DNA of 64,000 nucleotides from a virus. Its lineage: Duplodnaviria; Caudoviricetes. The notes under the pieces were generated by a model. It was not told where the DNA came from and searched no databases. It saw only the letters and a program-made list of their open reading frames with translations. The position numbers and the translations under genes are program-made. The number at the start of each line of letters is the position of its first letter. The first letter of the stretch is position 1. Location of the stretch: positions 145,975-209,974 of the IMG/VR virus record IMGVR_UViG_3300029288_004137; one strand, 5' to 3'. Of the stretch, positions 41,001-50,079 are shown piece after piece.

Positions 41001-41738
41001 ATAATAAAAACTATCATACACTAAATCTTTATTTAGTTCTAATTGTAATGCCTCATTTATTTCTTCATTAGCAAATTTTTGTTCTTCGTTAAAATAAGAA
41101 TATAAAACACTGGCATTAAAATATTGTTCTGGATGCAAATCTTTTATCGGTATTTGTTTTACACCAGGAATAGAAGGATCTACTCTAACAATAAATCCTT
41201 GTTCTACAGGGTGATTCCACGATACTACTGGTTCTATATATGTTGAAGTAGAATCAAAAACACCTTTAATCCCAGAACTCTCATCTATTTTAATTCCATC
41301 ACGAATTGACATATAATTATATCGTCTATTCCATTTATTTTCATACATATCACCAACTCTAACCTGTTTCCACGATGGATATGTATAATGATTATGTGGT
41401 AATATAACACAAGTTGGATTGTTGTTTTGCATAACTAATTTTGGAATACCAACAGAATTTGTATTCCCTATTACAGAAACATAATCTAAATTTGGATAAT
41501 CCGTTTCATAAAAACTTATCCTTTCCCCCTCAAAGTCATCAAAAGAAGAATCATCAATTGAAGCAGTCATCCAAGCATATTGAATATCAGATCTAGGTAT
41601 TTGATGTTGAACAAAATAATTATCATAACAACTTTTTGTAGAAACAGATAAAGAACCAGAAGCAAACTTAATATATCTATTTCTATTTATTTTACTTGTT
41701 GGAACACTTTGAGTTATTACTGTTATAGTTATAGGCAT
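38022..41738 (-). CDS. Large virion structural protein (baseplate/tail)
   Basis: 1238 aa, rich in aromatic residues and Ser; follows the LamG wedge gene. Confidence 0.55.
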   Translation of the reverse strand: MPITITVITQSVPTSKINRNRYIKFASGSLSVSTKSCYDNYFVQHQIPRSDIQYAWMTASIDDSSFDDFEGERISFYETDYPNLDYVSVIGNTNSVGIPKLVMQNNNPTCVILPHNHYTYPSWKQVRVGDMYENKWNRRYNYMSIRDGIKIDESSGIKGVFDSTSTYIEPVVSWNHPVEQGFIVRVDPSIPGVKQIPIKDLHPEQYFNASVLYSYFNEEQKFANEEINEALQLELNKDLVYDSFYYKVKDETDEFEFDYISYIETIYPKHIHVGSWYNRDRIYYGETTETGEKSINSALLRTIWRDELVERKRPEDSLTCIDECATASYVWQMPGWGGFNNSFNSMDTTYDYDNLGFVRGDLGFLFDTWYMYDVIGAASVDCMAGPLYCYSHNLNKMSGYSWVDLGITYFTDLISGEKKWYDSYSDYSSDTKPIGQNYGIIPEFNISNHMEYYIINNGGNFRTNNKKFLEVKGGGFISRVSCSSDDYINYDEDFFDLYAHSDLFKNLSKVEEDYKGYGEKIFSLKVSAIKKLLPYNGFYPMDRSIQLVKLFYDSYFPYVEGSGSWQSSTSDRALTKQSLLQPFFAPGIFYNFIKSGVAVDWMFYTGSEVPSDSNSMQSYLTESYLVDADVQNQNYIYILESGSNHRFPFEALINPENYMIKKGNSYDSSLHENDDEKSQILYLNPTNLHHNTSQYVNKYPYFTWTGHNLPLYTMAINNFLAETANFFLEKRGYTTFLSKKQNEFQVCESGTYYISLVDLKKTNGFDMFIQNYISGTSGSYFGPPCKFAYSSSSPSPVQINTDPMYAPYCPPYFYGTSEIAFFFQAKENKKYTLSEIFSELQFVEMNREQETNFKTYYSAYPDATPNPNNYLTTLAYLEKMSLSASVNFKGLVRQKEVEYNDNGGPVAIKDTTSNENDRWAIYLKAECPVLNFNNEDNEGFESAYINGETIKVVNGVGMWGGYGQIPNNKEGIFLSIKDLNIKTENEILYKSLIDLVGFEKKQEQVGKLAENTIMSEAVVLVPFLDYSFNEPGYVETTEIVGKHFIKIDKEEFNKAKSETNISTSISALISKMSLFNFPPELDFIRYHDIVPFVMYVFDFHHVFSKNDLKNIWQGQMPNIAKVAQKDEYVITHPLSKKEFFHGKKLPKDLRWLIFKVKQKALKSYYEVTADSFDDNRFKFKFKNMQDFSTLEYNYNWPYDFCSLVESVKIDGQLIIDKKPDENQKVYMNKEYDFDIEEE

Positions 41739-41775
41739 TATTTCCTCATACTTTTACATTATATAATATATATCA

Positions 41776-44700
41776 TCAACTTAAAAAATATCCATCAGAT
41801 CCACAAGGTTTAGATAAATCTTTATCTAAAGCATCAATAACTTTCATATTTCTCCAAGGCATAGCGTTATACGGAGAATATTCTAAATAATTTAAATCCA
41901 AACTTCTTTCGGGAATTGTATATATATCGCCTGGAGCTGAAAATCTATTGAAAATTATGGATCTTTTATTTGGCATATACTCAGGATTAACAGATTGTAA
42001 ATATGATTTTAAAGACACACAAGTCCCCGTTAATGAAGATAAATTTGTATGTATTATATCAAAATATATTGAAGAAAACGCATTCAATACATTTTCTGTT
42101 GATATCCCATATATATCACATACTGCATTTGTTATATCTTTAAACCAAAGATTATGTTCTTTTACACCACAAGTTTGCAAAATTTCATAATTATTTTCAT
42201 AATTTCCAACAAAAGAAGAAGTTGTTGTTAAAATATTTTCAATATTCACAAATCTTTTTATCATGTCTCCTCGATAATATCGATCTGCTGGTCTGTGAAT
42301 ATTGTCATCACTAACATCTTGTATGATATAATCATTTCCAGATTTATAATAATGAAACATTTCTTCTCTTGATAATGCATCATCTGTACCAACATTTACA
42401 TGAAGATGTTTGTGTCTGAATCCACCAACATGTTGATTTGTAAAAGTTCCTTGAAGAGGAATTTCATTATCAACATAACTATCATTTGTTTCAAGAATAA
42501 TATAATCTGGATCTTGAGTTTTGTCAGTAGATCCATTATTGTAAAGAAAAGTCAATGGGAACATAAAATCATGTTTCAAAGTATCCTCATAAGAATCACC
42601 AGATAATACAGTATTATTATCTTCTCCGGTTAATTTTATTGTTCCTTTAAGACTTTCTCTTTCATTTAAATCATCACAATAAGCTTCTTTAGAAAAATCA
42701 AGATTTGTTTGATATTTGTTATTTCTAACACCACCAACACATAAATTTCTGATAAAATTAGATTTTTTATTTAAATAAGTTGGATTCTTACCACCATGAA
42801 GAATTTTTGAAACTTCAGTTTTTAAATCATAAATTTTTGACAATCTTCTTGTAGCATATGTTGAACCTGCTACATTCCTTGTTATGATTGTACGATAATC
42901 ATCTCTAACTGTTCCATCTTCACTTCTTTCTTTCCACCAAAAACAATTATCTGTTTCCAATCCACTCACAGGAGCATGACCAGTTTTCCAATTATATAAT
43001 AATTCTGCTATACCTCTTATATTGTTTTGAATAATACCACTTTTAAACTCTATTGTTGGAAATTTATTCCAATACTTATTTCTCTCTAAAACATGACTTT
43101 CAACAATATTTTTTATTCCATCTGCAAAATCAGAAGAAGCAGGAATTAACTGTTGAAGCATTATATCTAATGAAGTATCTATCCATTTATAAAATTCAAC
43201 AAATTTTTCAAAACTTGGAATATTCTTAATTCTCTTTTTGAAAAAAACTCTTCTTAAAAATTCTAAATCTTTATAATTCATTCTATATCTATTCACAGGA
43301 CTACCAACAATATTATCAAATTCGGATAATGTCGCAAACATATTCAACATTTCTTCAGAAATATTCTGATACATATTCTTTTCAAACATATAGAAATAAC
43401 TTATTGGTTGAGCATCTCTCTTAAAATAATAATCATCCTTTTCAAGTATTTTAACAGAATTTGATTTAAAAACAGTATCAGGAACTTCTTGTTTTGCAGT
43501 ATGTATATACTCTATATTTACAACCTGATCATCATCTTCAGGAAAGAATTCACCATATCCAGGAACACTCCATTGATAATTAAATGCAGATTGATTTATT
43601 GGTGTCGTCTGATCTAAATTAATTGTTCCAGACGACACATCTAATACATCAAATACCCCCAAACTATCAGAAGTTGTAATAGTCTGAAAATCCCAAAATA
43701 ATGCTAAACTTTCTTCTTCTGGGAGAAACTGCTTTCCTGTTGTTATTCTATTAAAATATGGAAAACGAGTTGGATATTTTACACCATAATTATAAGGATC
43801 TCTTGAATGAGCTTTCATTGTATCTAAAGATAAATCACTTTTATAAATTCTTAAAGAACCTACTTTTACATCACTATAAACTAATGCTGTTCCAGTAACA
43901 TTAGTTCTACATGCTCCAATGTATGGTATAAAAGGAATAGAATCAAATGAACCTGTTATTGACTTATCCAAAGAAGATGATACCTCAAAACTATTTATCG
44001 TCTCATCTCCCAACGTATTAACACCACAAAAAACAATCTTATAGTTTGGTTCTGAAGATGCTCTATCATATAATTCTGGGGTTTCTCTTAACAACTTCGC
44101 TGATAAGATCCACCTTTCATTATCATATAAGTTATGATAATAAGAACTTGTTAAATTAAATCCATAACCACCAAAATCAGAAGATGTCAAAATAAATTGA
44201 GCACTGCTTCCTTCTTCTTCTTCACGAACTGTATAAATATTCCATTTATTTTCTTCTACAGCAAAAGTTCCACTCTTAAAAAAAATACCACCAATCGACG
44301 ATGTTATAGAAGTGTAATTCCTAAATAAAGTTGAAGTTATATTAAATTTCTTAGGAAATATAACATCTACTTCATAAACTAAATCATCATATTTACTTGC
44401 TAAACAATATCCAAATGTTCCAGAACTATAAACCACTCCTTCTTTTCTATCTATATCATTAAAATCAATATATTTTTTTCTTCTTGACGTATATGAATAT
44501 TTATCTTCAAATGTGAATACATTATCATTTGAATAAACATTCAATTTTATTAATTCATCATCTATACCAAAACAACGAATTAAGTTCCTAAATGAATCTT
44601 CTGTACCTTTCTTCTTATAAATATTTGAAAGATTATTATATATGTTTTGATATATATAATTTTTAACATTACTTATGTTTTCTTGAAGAGAATTATTATC

Positions 44701-46431
44701 TCTGATAACAGAAAGTTCTTCAGTTAATTTTCCATCAATGAACATTTCTGGAGCTACCATCCCTAAATCTTCTACAAGTTTCTTAGAATACGGAAATGGT
44801 TTTTCATAGTCTTGAATATAATTCAAATCTTTTATTTTTTGAACATGTCCTATTTGCAGATGCAGTGAATCAAAATAATTTGAAATTACTTGCATCAATT
44901 CTAATATAGTTTTTCTGTCTTTGTCTTGATCCTCTTCTAAAATCCATGCTGGCAATAAATGATACATACTCGATATATTGTTTATGTCATATTCTTTTCC
45001 TTCTGCTTCTTTTTCTGCAAGAAGATCAACAACATCAGAATGATTTGAATACATGATCGGATCTTCTTCCTCATCAACATCAAAATAACCAGAATCGTTT
45101 ATAGAAGACCCTGTAGATCTTCCTGCTGATAAATAACCATACCAAAATCCATCAGATATCCTTCCAGAATAATCTAAAACTTTACAATCATAAGAACTAC
45201 TACCTAAAACTCCTTCATTAAATTTATAATAAACACCTAGTTCAGTATTAGCGTCATCCGTGTTTGATCCACCATTAACGTTTCTAAACCAATTTTTTCC
45301 TATTTGATCTCCAGTCCTTAAAGATTTCCAGTATCTAAACTCATCAATTGAAGCTGATAATTTACACCATCCTCTAGCAGATGATCTGGGCATCTCTTCT
45401 TCTACAATTTGACCTACTGTAGATCCTATTGTAGCAATCATAGCACCACTAACTGTTCCCGATGGAATGCCAGTTGTTATTGTTTCTCTTCCTTTATATT
45501 CTCCATCATAATATACATCTATATAAAAATTTGCTTCATTTACTATTGAAGAAAAAGCATAATGGTGCCATTCATTATCATAAATTTCACTCTTTTTAAT
45601 TAAAATATTAGATCCAGATCCTAAAGATGTAAAAAACATATCAGAACCAGAAACAGCATTAACCATAAATGTAGGCACTTCATCTTCATCAGGAACACCC
45701 CATGGCACTATATTAAATTCTGAAACCAAAGCAATTGAATACCTTCCATAAGCAGAAGAATCAATTGTCTCGTTGTTATATAAATCAAATATATATTCAA
45801 TCATTGAAGATCCAGAACCAAGAGAAACTATTGGTTTTTTCATCCAAAACTCTACTGTATTACCATCTTCAAACGATAAATAAAGATTTGAAAGTCTATT
45901 GTATTCTGCATCATATATATTTGATTTGTCAAAAGAATAAGAATTATTTAAACTTCCTGTATTTGGTCCACCTTTTATAAGAATATACTCTTTAGTTGAG
46001 GGTTCTCCAAAAAATCCACCAACTATCGTTCCACTTGTATAAGAAGAACTAGATTCTTGCACACCCCAACCATCTGATGAAAAAATAGCAAATCCTGTAG
46101 ATTTTGGATATAAATAATCAAACACATAATTATCAAAATAGCTTGAATTATTTCTCCACTGTAATTTATCTTTTTTTGATCCATCAAAAGGATAATTTTG
46201 ATATATATTTGTTATTGAATCTTTGTAATATTTCTCTCCAGATCCATAAAAACAAAAATTTTTTAATTCAGAAAAATCTACATAAGGAATTATTCTATTT
46301 TTATCCTTTACATGTTCAAGCAAATACCCTTCAGACTCTATATTATTCTCTATGTCATCTTTATTCTGAGATTCAAAAATTTGATAATTCTTTCTTTCAA
46401 GTAATTCATTTTGATCTATTCTTTTACTCAT
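41776..46431 (-). CDS. Baseplate wedge-like protein with LamG/concanavalin-A domains
   Basis: TVEFWMK, DNEWHHYAF, SIDEFRYW, YYKFNEG; wedge-type IYKKKGTEDSFRNLIRCFGI. Confidence 0.65.
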   Translation of the reverse strand: MSKRIDQNELLERKNYQIFESQNKDDIENNIESEGYLLEHVKDKNRIIPYVDFSELKNFCFYGSGEKYYKDSITNIYQNYPFDGSKKDKLQWRNNSSYFDNYVFDYLYPKSTGFAIFSSDGWGVQESSSSYTSGTIVGGFFGEPSTKEYILIKGGPNTGSLNNSYSFDKSNIYDAEYNRLSNLYLSFEDGNTVEFWMKKPIVSLGSGSSMIEYIFDLYNNETIDSSAYGRYSIALVSEFNIVPWGVPDEDEVPTFMVNAVSGSDMFFTSLGSGSNILIKKSEIYDNEWHHYAFSSIVNEANFYIDVYYDGEYKGRETITTGIPSGTVSGAMIATIGSTVGQIVEEEMPRSSARGWCKLSASIDEFRYWKSLRTGDQIGKNWFRNVNGGSNTDDANTELGVYYKFNEGVLGSSSYDCKVLDYSGRISDGFWYGYLSAGRSTGSSINDSGYFDVDEEEDPIMYSNHSDVVDLLAEKEAEGKEYDINNISSMYHLLPAWILEEDQDKDRKTILELMQVISNYFDSLHLQIGHVQKIKDLNYIQDYEKPFPYSKKLVEDLGMVAPEMFIDGKLTEELSVIRDNNSLQENISNVKNYIYQNIYNNLSNIYKKKGTEDSFRNLIRCFGIDDELIKLNVYSNDNVFTFEDKYSYTSRRKKYIDFNDIDRKEGVVYSSGTFGYCLASKYDDLVYEVDVIFPKKFNITSTLFRNYTSITSSIGGIFFKSGTFAVEENKWNIYTVREEEEGSSAQFILTSSDFGGYGFNLTSSYYHNLYDNERWILSAKLLRETPELYDRASSEPNYKIVFCGVNTLGDETINSFEVSSSLDKSITGSFDSIPFIPYIGACRTNVTGTALVYSDVKVGSLRIYKSDLSLDTMKAHSRDPYNYGVKYPTRFPYFNRITTGKQFLPEEESLALFWDFQTITTSDSLGVFDVLDVSSGTINLDQTTPINQSAFNYQWSVPGYGEFFPEDDDQVVNIEYIHTAKQEVPDTVFKSNSVKILEKDDYYFKRDAQPISYFYMFEKNMYQNISEEMLNMFATLSEFDNIVGSPVNRYRMNYKDLEFLRRVFFKKRIKNIPSFEKFVEFYKWIDTSLDIMLQQLIPASSDFADGIKNIVESHVLERNKYWNKFPTIEFKSGIIQNNIRGIAELLYNWKTGHAPVSGLETDNCFWWKERSEDGTVRDDYRTIITRNVAGSTYATRRLSKIYDLKTEVSKILHGGKNPTYLNKKSNFIRNLCVGGVRNNKYQTNLDFSKEAYCDDLNERESLKGTIKLTGEDNNTVLSGDSYEDTLKHDFMFPLTFLYNNGSTDKTQDPDYIILETNDSYVDNEIPLQGTFTNQHVGGFRHKHLHVNVGTDDALSREEMFHYYKSGNDYIIQDVSDDNIHRPADRYYRGDMIKRFVNIENILTTTSSFVGNYENNYEILQTCGVKEHNLWFKDITNAVCDIYGISTENVLNAFSSIYFDIIHTNLSSLTGTCVSLKSYLQSVNPEYMPNKRSIIFNRFSAPGDIYTIPERSLDLNYLEYSPYNAMPWRNMKVIDALDKDLSKPCGSDGYFLS

Positions 46432-47839
46432 TATGAGAATCCACTCTGAATTTAAATGTTTCTCTGTTCTCTACTAAATTGCTATTTATATACTGCGCAG
46501 TTTTTATACCATACATATATCCAGGTTCCAAAATAGACATGTCTAATTCAAAATAACTGCCAGACACATCATAAGACATTTTAGTATATGGAATAGAACC
46601 TGTACCATAATTTATAATATCTAAATCATCTGCCAATCTGAATACTTTCCAATACATATCTCTTATTATAGAATTTTCTATTTCTTTTGAAGCTTTGCTA
46701 TAAACAGTTGGACTCCAATCTTCTTCTCTAACAAAAAATCTAAATTTACCATATTCATAATCATAATAATCATTTTTTAAATTTGTAAGTTTCGTTATAT
46801 ATTTTTTTCTATCTGCTGAATATTGTTGTAGTTGCCTTGTTTTTACAGACAAAGTTCCCGTATAATAACAAGTTGTTGTTCCTGTAATAGACCACATATC
46901 GTACAAAGTCCCAGAAAGTGTATTTGCTACAAAACTCGCAGTATAAATACCAGTTTCTTTTCTGCCTACAGATGTTCCCTCTGATACTTCAACACCACCA
47001 GACAAAGCATCATATAACTTAACAGATAAACTTTCATTAGGAAGATTTGTAAAATTACCATCATAAAAATTATAAAGATATAAAGTGTTTGAATTGTTTG
47101 ACAAAAAACTACAACTTGCATAAAATTTTCCACGATCATCTCTTTTAGAATCATCCCATCTTGCTTCAATTATTGGTCTTTTAAACCAATATTCACTTCC
47201 GCGCGCAAAGAATTTCTTTGTGTAATATGACTGTAATTCACTTCCATCTTCATTTGTTCCACTCAACCTTAATACAACACCATAATCAGACTTTGTACCA
47301 TCTACCCATTGTTCCACAAGATCACTTATATTAATAGATAAATCCTCATCCCCATCATCAAAATATTGACTGTAGACATCAGTATGATAATCACTTCCAG
47401 TTAATGTCCATTCTGTACCTGTTGTAGCATAAGTCCAAGTAGCACCACTTCCATCTTCTCCCCACCCTTCATCTACATATCCTTCCATATCCAATCCATT
47501 GCCTTCATCCCAATCCCTTGTCAAAGGATATACATTTATAGTAAATTGTCTTGGTAATGTCAATGGATGCTTAGCATTATACATTTTTAAATAAAATTCA
47601 ACACTCCCAGAAGTCCCTATTAAACCACTAGATCTATCACTTATAATATCACTTACTGGAAATCCAACTAATATTCTTGATTTTTCTACTGAATCACTAG
47701 TAGCTTGTGCATATATAGAGAAAATTTCAAGAGAATCTGATGCTCCCATATTACTACCAGTAGCAAGAGTGATTAAATCTTGTTTATATGCATTTGTTAT
47801 TGTAGTATCTTTATCTGCTATATATCTTTTAATTGCCAT
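46424..47839 (-). CDS. Virion structural protein, DNRLRE-like domain
   Basis: ADKDTTI, SRILVGF, PLTRDWDEG.G, W...GSD, RP.IEARWDDS; follows gp6. Confidence 0.55.
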   Translation of the reverse strand: MAIKRYIADKDTTITNAYKQDLITLATGSNMGASDSLEIFSIYAQATSDSVEKSRILVGFPVSDIISDRSSGLIGTSGSVEFYLKMYNAKHPLTLPRQFTINVYPLTRDWDEGNGLDMEGYVDEGWGEDGSGATWTYATTGTEWTLTGSDYHTDVYSQYFDDGDEDLSINISDLVEQWVDGTKSDYGVVLRLSGTNEDGSELQSYYTKKFFARGSEYWFKRPIIEARWDDSKRDDRGKFYASCSFLSNNSNTLYLYNFYDGNFTNLPNESLSVKLYDALSGGVEVSEGTSVGRKETGIYTASFVANTLSGTLYDMWSITGTTTCYYTGTLSVKTRQLQQYSADRKKYITKLTNLKNDYYDYEYGKFRFFVREEDWSPTVYSKASKEIENSIIRDMYWKVFRLADDLDIINYGTGSIPYTKMSYDVSGSYFELDMSILEPGYMYGIKTAQYINSNLVENRETFKFRVDSHNE

Positions 47840-49638
47840 TAACTTAAAGCCCCCTTGATATCTATCTTAGGATATTTAACCTCAAATATAACATTCCCTT
47901 GACTTAATAACGTTCTTCCATCTGGAGATAAATTTTCTTCAATATTATAAGAAAAATCTGAATAATTTCCTCCAACCTTTCTTACTAATTCTACTTTCCC
48001 AACATCTATCACATGTTTTGATTTTCTAATTTGTTTAAAAACATCTATTATAGAAAAATTTTCTCCTATATTTTGTTTTCTTGAAAAATAATCCTGTAAA
48101 ATATTCATTATATCTTCAAATGCTTCATATTTTGAAACATCTCTATTAATAATTGCTGTAAACTCTATACCAATATTAACAATAAAAGCATCAAGTATAT
48201 CTATTGTATCTGAAATCATTTTTTTACTTTCTAACCAAATTTTTAAATTCTTTTTAAGTGTCTCAGTTGGTTCTGCTAAATAACCTTTTTCATCTTCTGC
48301 TACTATATAAAGATTCAAATTTCTTTTAAGAGAATCTAAATCTTTTACAATTTTGGCTCTTTTTATATTTCCAAATCTATCAGGCATTGCATAACAAAGA
48401 GCTTCGTAATCGTTTGTTGTAACAGCTCTGTTTTGGGCTGCATAGTTGCTATAAATTCTTTGTTTTAATTCATCTATTGTTGGTAATGTTACATCTCCAA
48501 CAATAGGATCTTCATTAAAAGATTGAAGACTCTTTTTTACAGAATTTATATCAGAATTATTTAAAGATTTTACATCTTTAAAAGAAAAAACAGGCAAAGT
48601 AACCTTTGTTAATGTTCCTGCTGCGGTATTAACTATGTCTTGAGTGTTTTCTCTATATGTAATTAACAAACTTGTATTTGAAGGTGATATGCCAAATTTT
48701 TCAGAAGTTATCAGTTGATATGGATCAAAAGAAGTATCACTAATATAAGATTTGCCATGCATATCCAAAACAATATTCGTAGGATCTATAAAATAATCTT
48801 CTTCTGAAGAAATATCAGAACTTGCACCAAATTGAAGATATGATCTTCTTCTTTCATCTTTCTCAAAAACAAAACGTCTTGGAACTATAAACGTTTTTAA
48901 TATTTCTGGAACTGAAGCAAAATCATCTGATGAATTTTCTACAGATTTATATATTGTATTCTGTGATAAATGCTCTACTTCGTAATATTCATTTCCCTCT
49001 GCATCCACTACAGAAATTATATCACTTATATTAGCACTATCAAGATATACTTTTCTATACTTTTCAAAAGAACCTATTGAAACAATTTCTTGCATAATCT
49101 TACCAGAAACTACATCTCCATATGCTTTAACAACATAAGAAGTTGGAAGTCCTGTTGTTGGATCTACTGTCGCTACTCTTACTTCATTATTTGGGTTATC
49201 AAATCTAATATCATTGTTTAATAAAAATCCTATTCCAGATTTAGTAGAAAATTCACTTCCTTTTTTTAGCACAGGAAGGTAAGCTGTATTAGGAGAAGTA
49301 CCAACAGTATTTGCTGGTATTGTTATATAAAATGATACAGTACCAAAAGAAGAAGGATTCCCTCTAAATTTAAAACCCAATGGTCTACTTCTTTTTATAA
49401 TATTATTATATTCCATTGCTGTTTCAGAGAAACTTTCATTAACACTATAATCAAGATAAAAAGATAAAACATCCCCAATATAAGCAGTAATATCAAACAT
49501 TAATGATCCAAAACTTGCTTCACTAAAATCTTTGTATGTTGTTGGATAATATCGTTTTACATATTCTACAAGATCATTTTTAATACCATCAAAATCACGA
49601 GACGTATAGTTAATAGGAACTATTTTTTTCTCTACCAT
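47839..49638 (-). CDS. gp6: Baseplate wedge subunit, T4 gp6-like
   Basis: INYTSRDF..IKNDL..Y..DFSEASFG, AQNRAVTTNDY; ATG 49638 with GGAG. Confidence 0.9.
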   Translation of the reverse strand: MVEKKIVPINYTSRDFDGIKNDLVEYVKRYYPTTYKDFSEASFGSLMFDITAYIGDVLSFYLDYSVNESFSETAMEYNNIIKRSRPLGFKFRGNPSSFGTVSFYITIPANTVGTSPNTAYLPVLKKGSEFSTKSGIGFLLNNDIRFDNPNNEVRVATVDPTTGLPTSYVVKAYGDVVSGKIMQEIVSIGSFEKYRKVYLDSANISDIISVVDAEGNEYYEVEHLSQNTIYKSVENSSDDFASVPEILKTFIVPRRFVFEKDERRRSYLQFGASSDISSEEDYFIDPTNIVLDMHGKSYISDTSFDPYQLITSEKFGISPSNTSLLITYRENTQDIVNTAAGTLTKVTLPVFSFKDVKSLNNSDINSVKKSLQSFNEDPIVGDVTLPTIDELKQRIYSNYAAQNRAVTTNDYEALCYAMPDRFGNIKRAKIVKDLDSLKRNLNLYIVAEDEKGYLAEPTETLKKNLKIWLESKKMISDTIDILDAFIVNIGIEFTAIINRDVSKYEAFEDIMNILQDYFSRKQNIGENFSIIDVFKQIRKSKHVIDVGKVELVRKVGGNYSDFSYNIEENLSPDGRTLLSQGNVIFEVKYPKIDIKGALS

Positions 49639-49665
49639 CGTTAGCTCCAAAAATCACTTCTTTTA

Positions 49666-50070
49666 TTAATTAGTTGTTCCATTAAGTATTTGAAAAACTT
49701 CTAAATAGTCAGAAACATTTAAAGGTATAATTTTATAATGAATTGATATACCCAAAGAATCTGTAGGGAATGTAGTATAATCTACAACACCTTTCACAAA
49801 TTTTATTTCTTTTATTTCTATAAAAGGCATATATTGATTTACTTGCTCAAAAATTTTTGCTCTTATTTCACCTTGAGTTTGTTCATTATTCATTTGGAAT
49901 AAAAATCTTTTTAATCCAACTCCAAAACTTGAATCCATTATACGCTCACCTGGAGATGTTAAAATAAGATTTTTAAAATTTTGATTAATAACTTCTTTAT
50001 ATGTTGTTAAAGAAGAATACCCTGTCCCTTCTGATCTTTCTAAAGGTAATTTTGGAGCAAATCCAACCAT
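49666..50070 (-). CDS. gp25: Baseplate wedge/sheath initiator, T4 gp25-like
   Basis: NFKNLILTSPGERIMDSSFGVGLKRFLF...YMPFIEI. Confidence 0.92.
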   Translation of the reverse strand: MVGFAPKLPLERSEGTGYSSLTTYKEVINQNFKNLILTSPGERIMDSSFGVGLKRFLFQMNNEQTQGEIRAKIFEQVNQYMPFIEIKEIKFVKGVVDYTTFPTDSLGISIHYKIIPLNVSDYLEVFQILNGTTN

Positions 50071-50079
50071 TTCTTTCTC

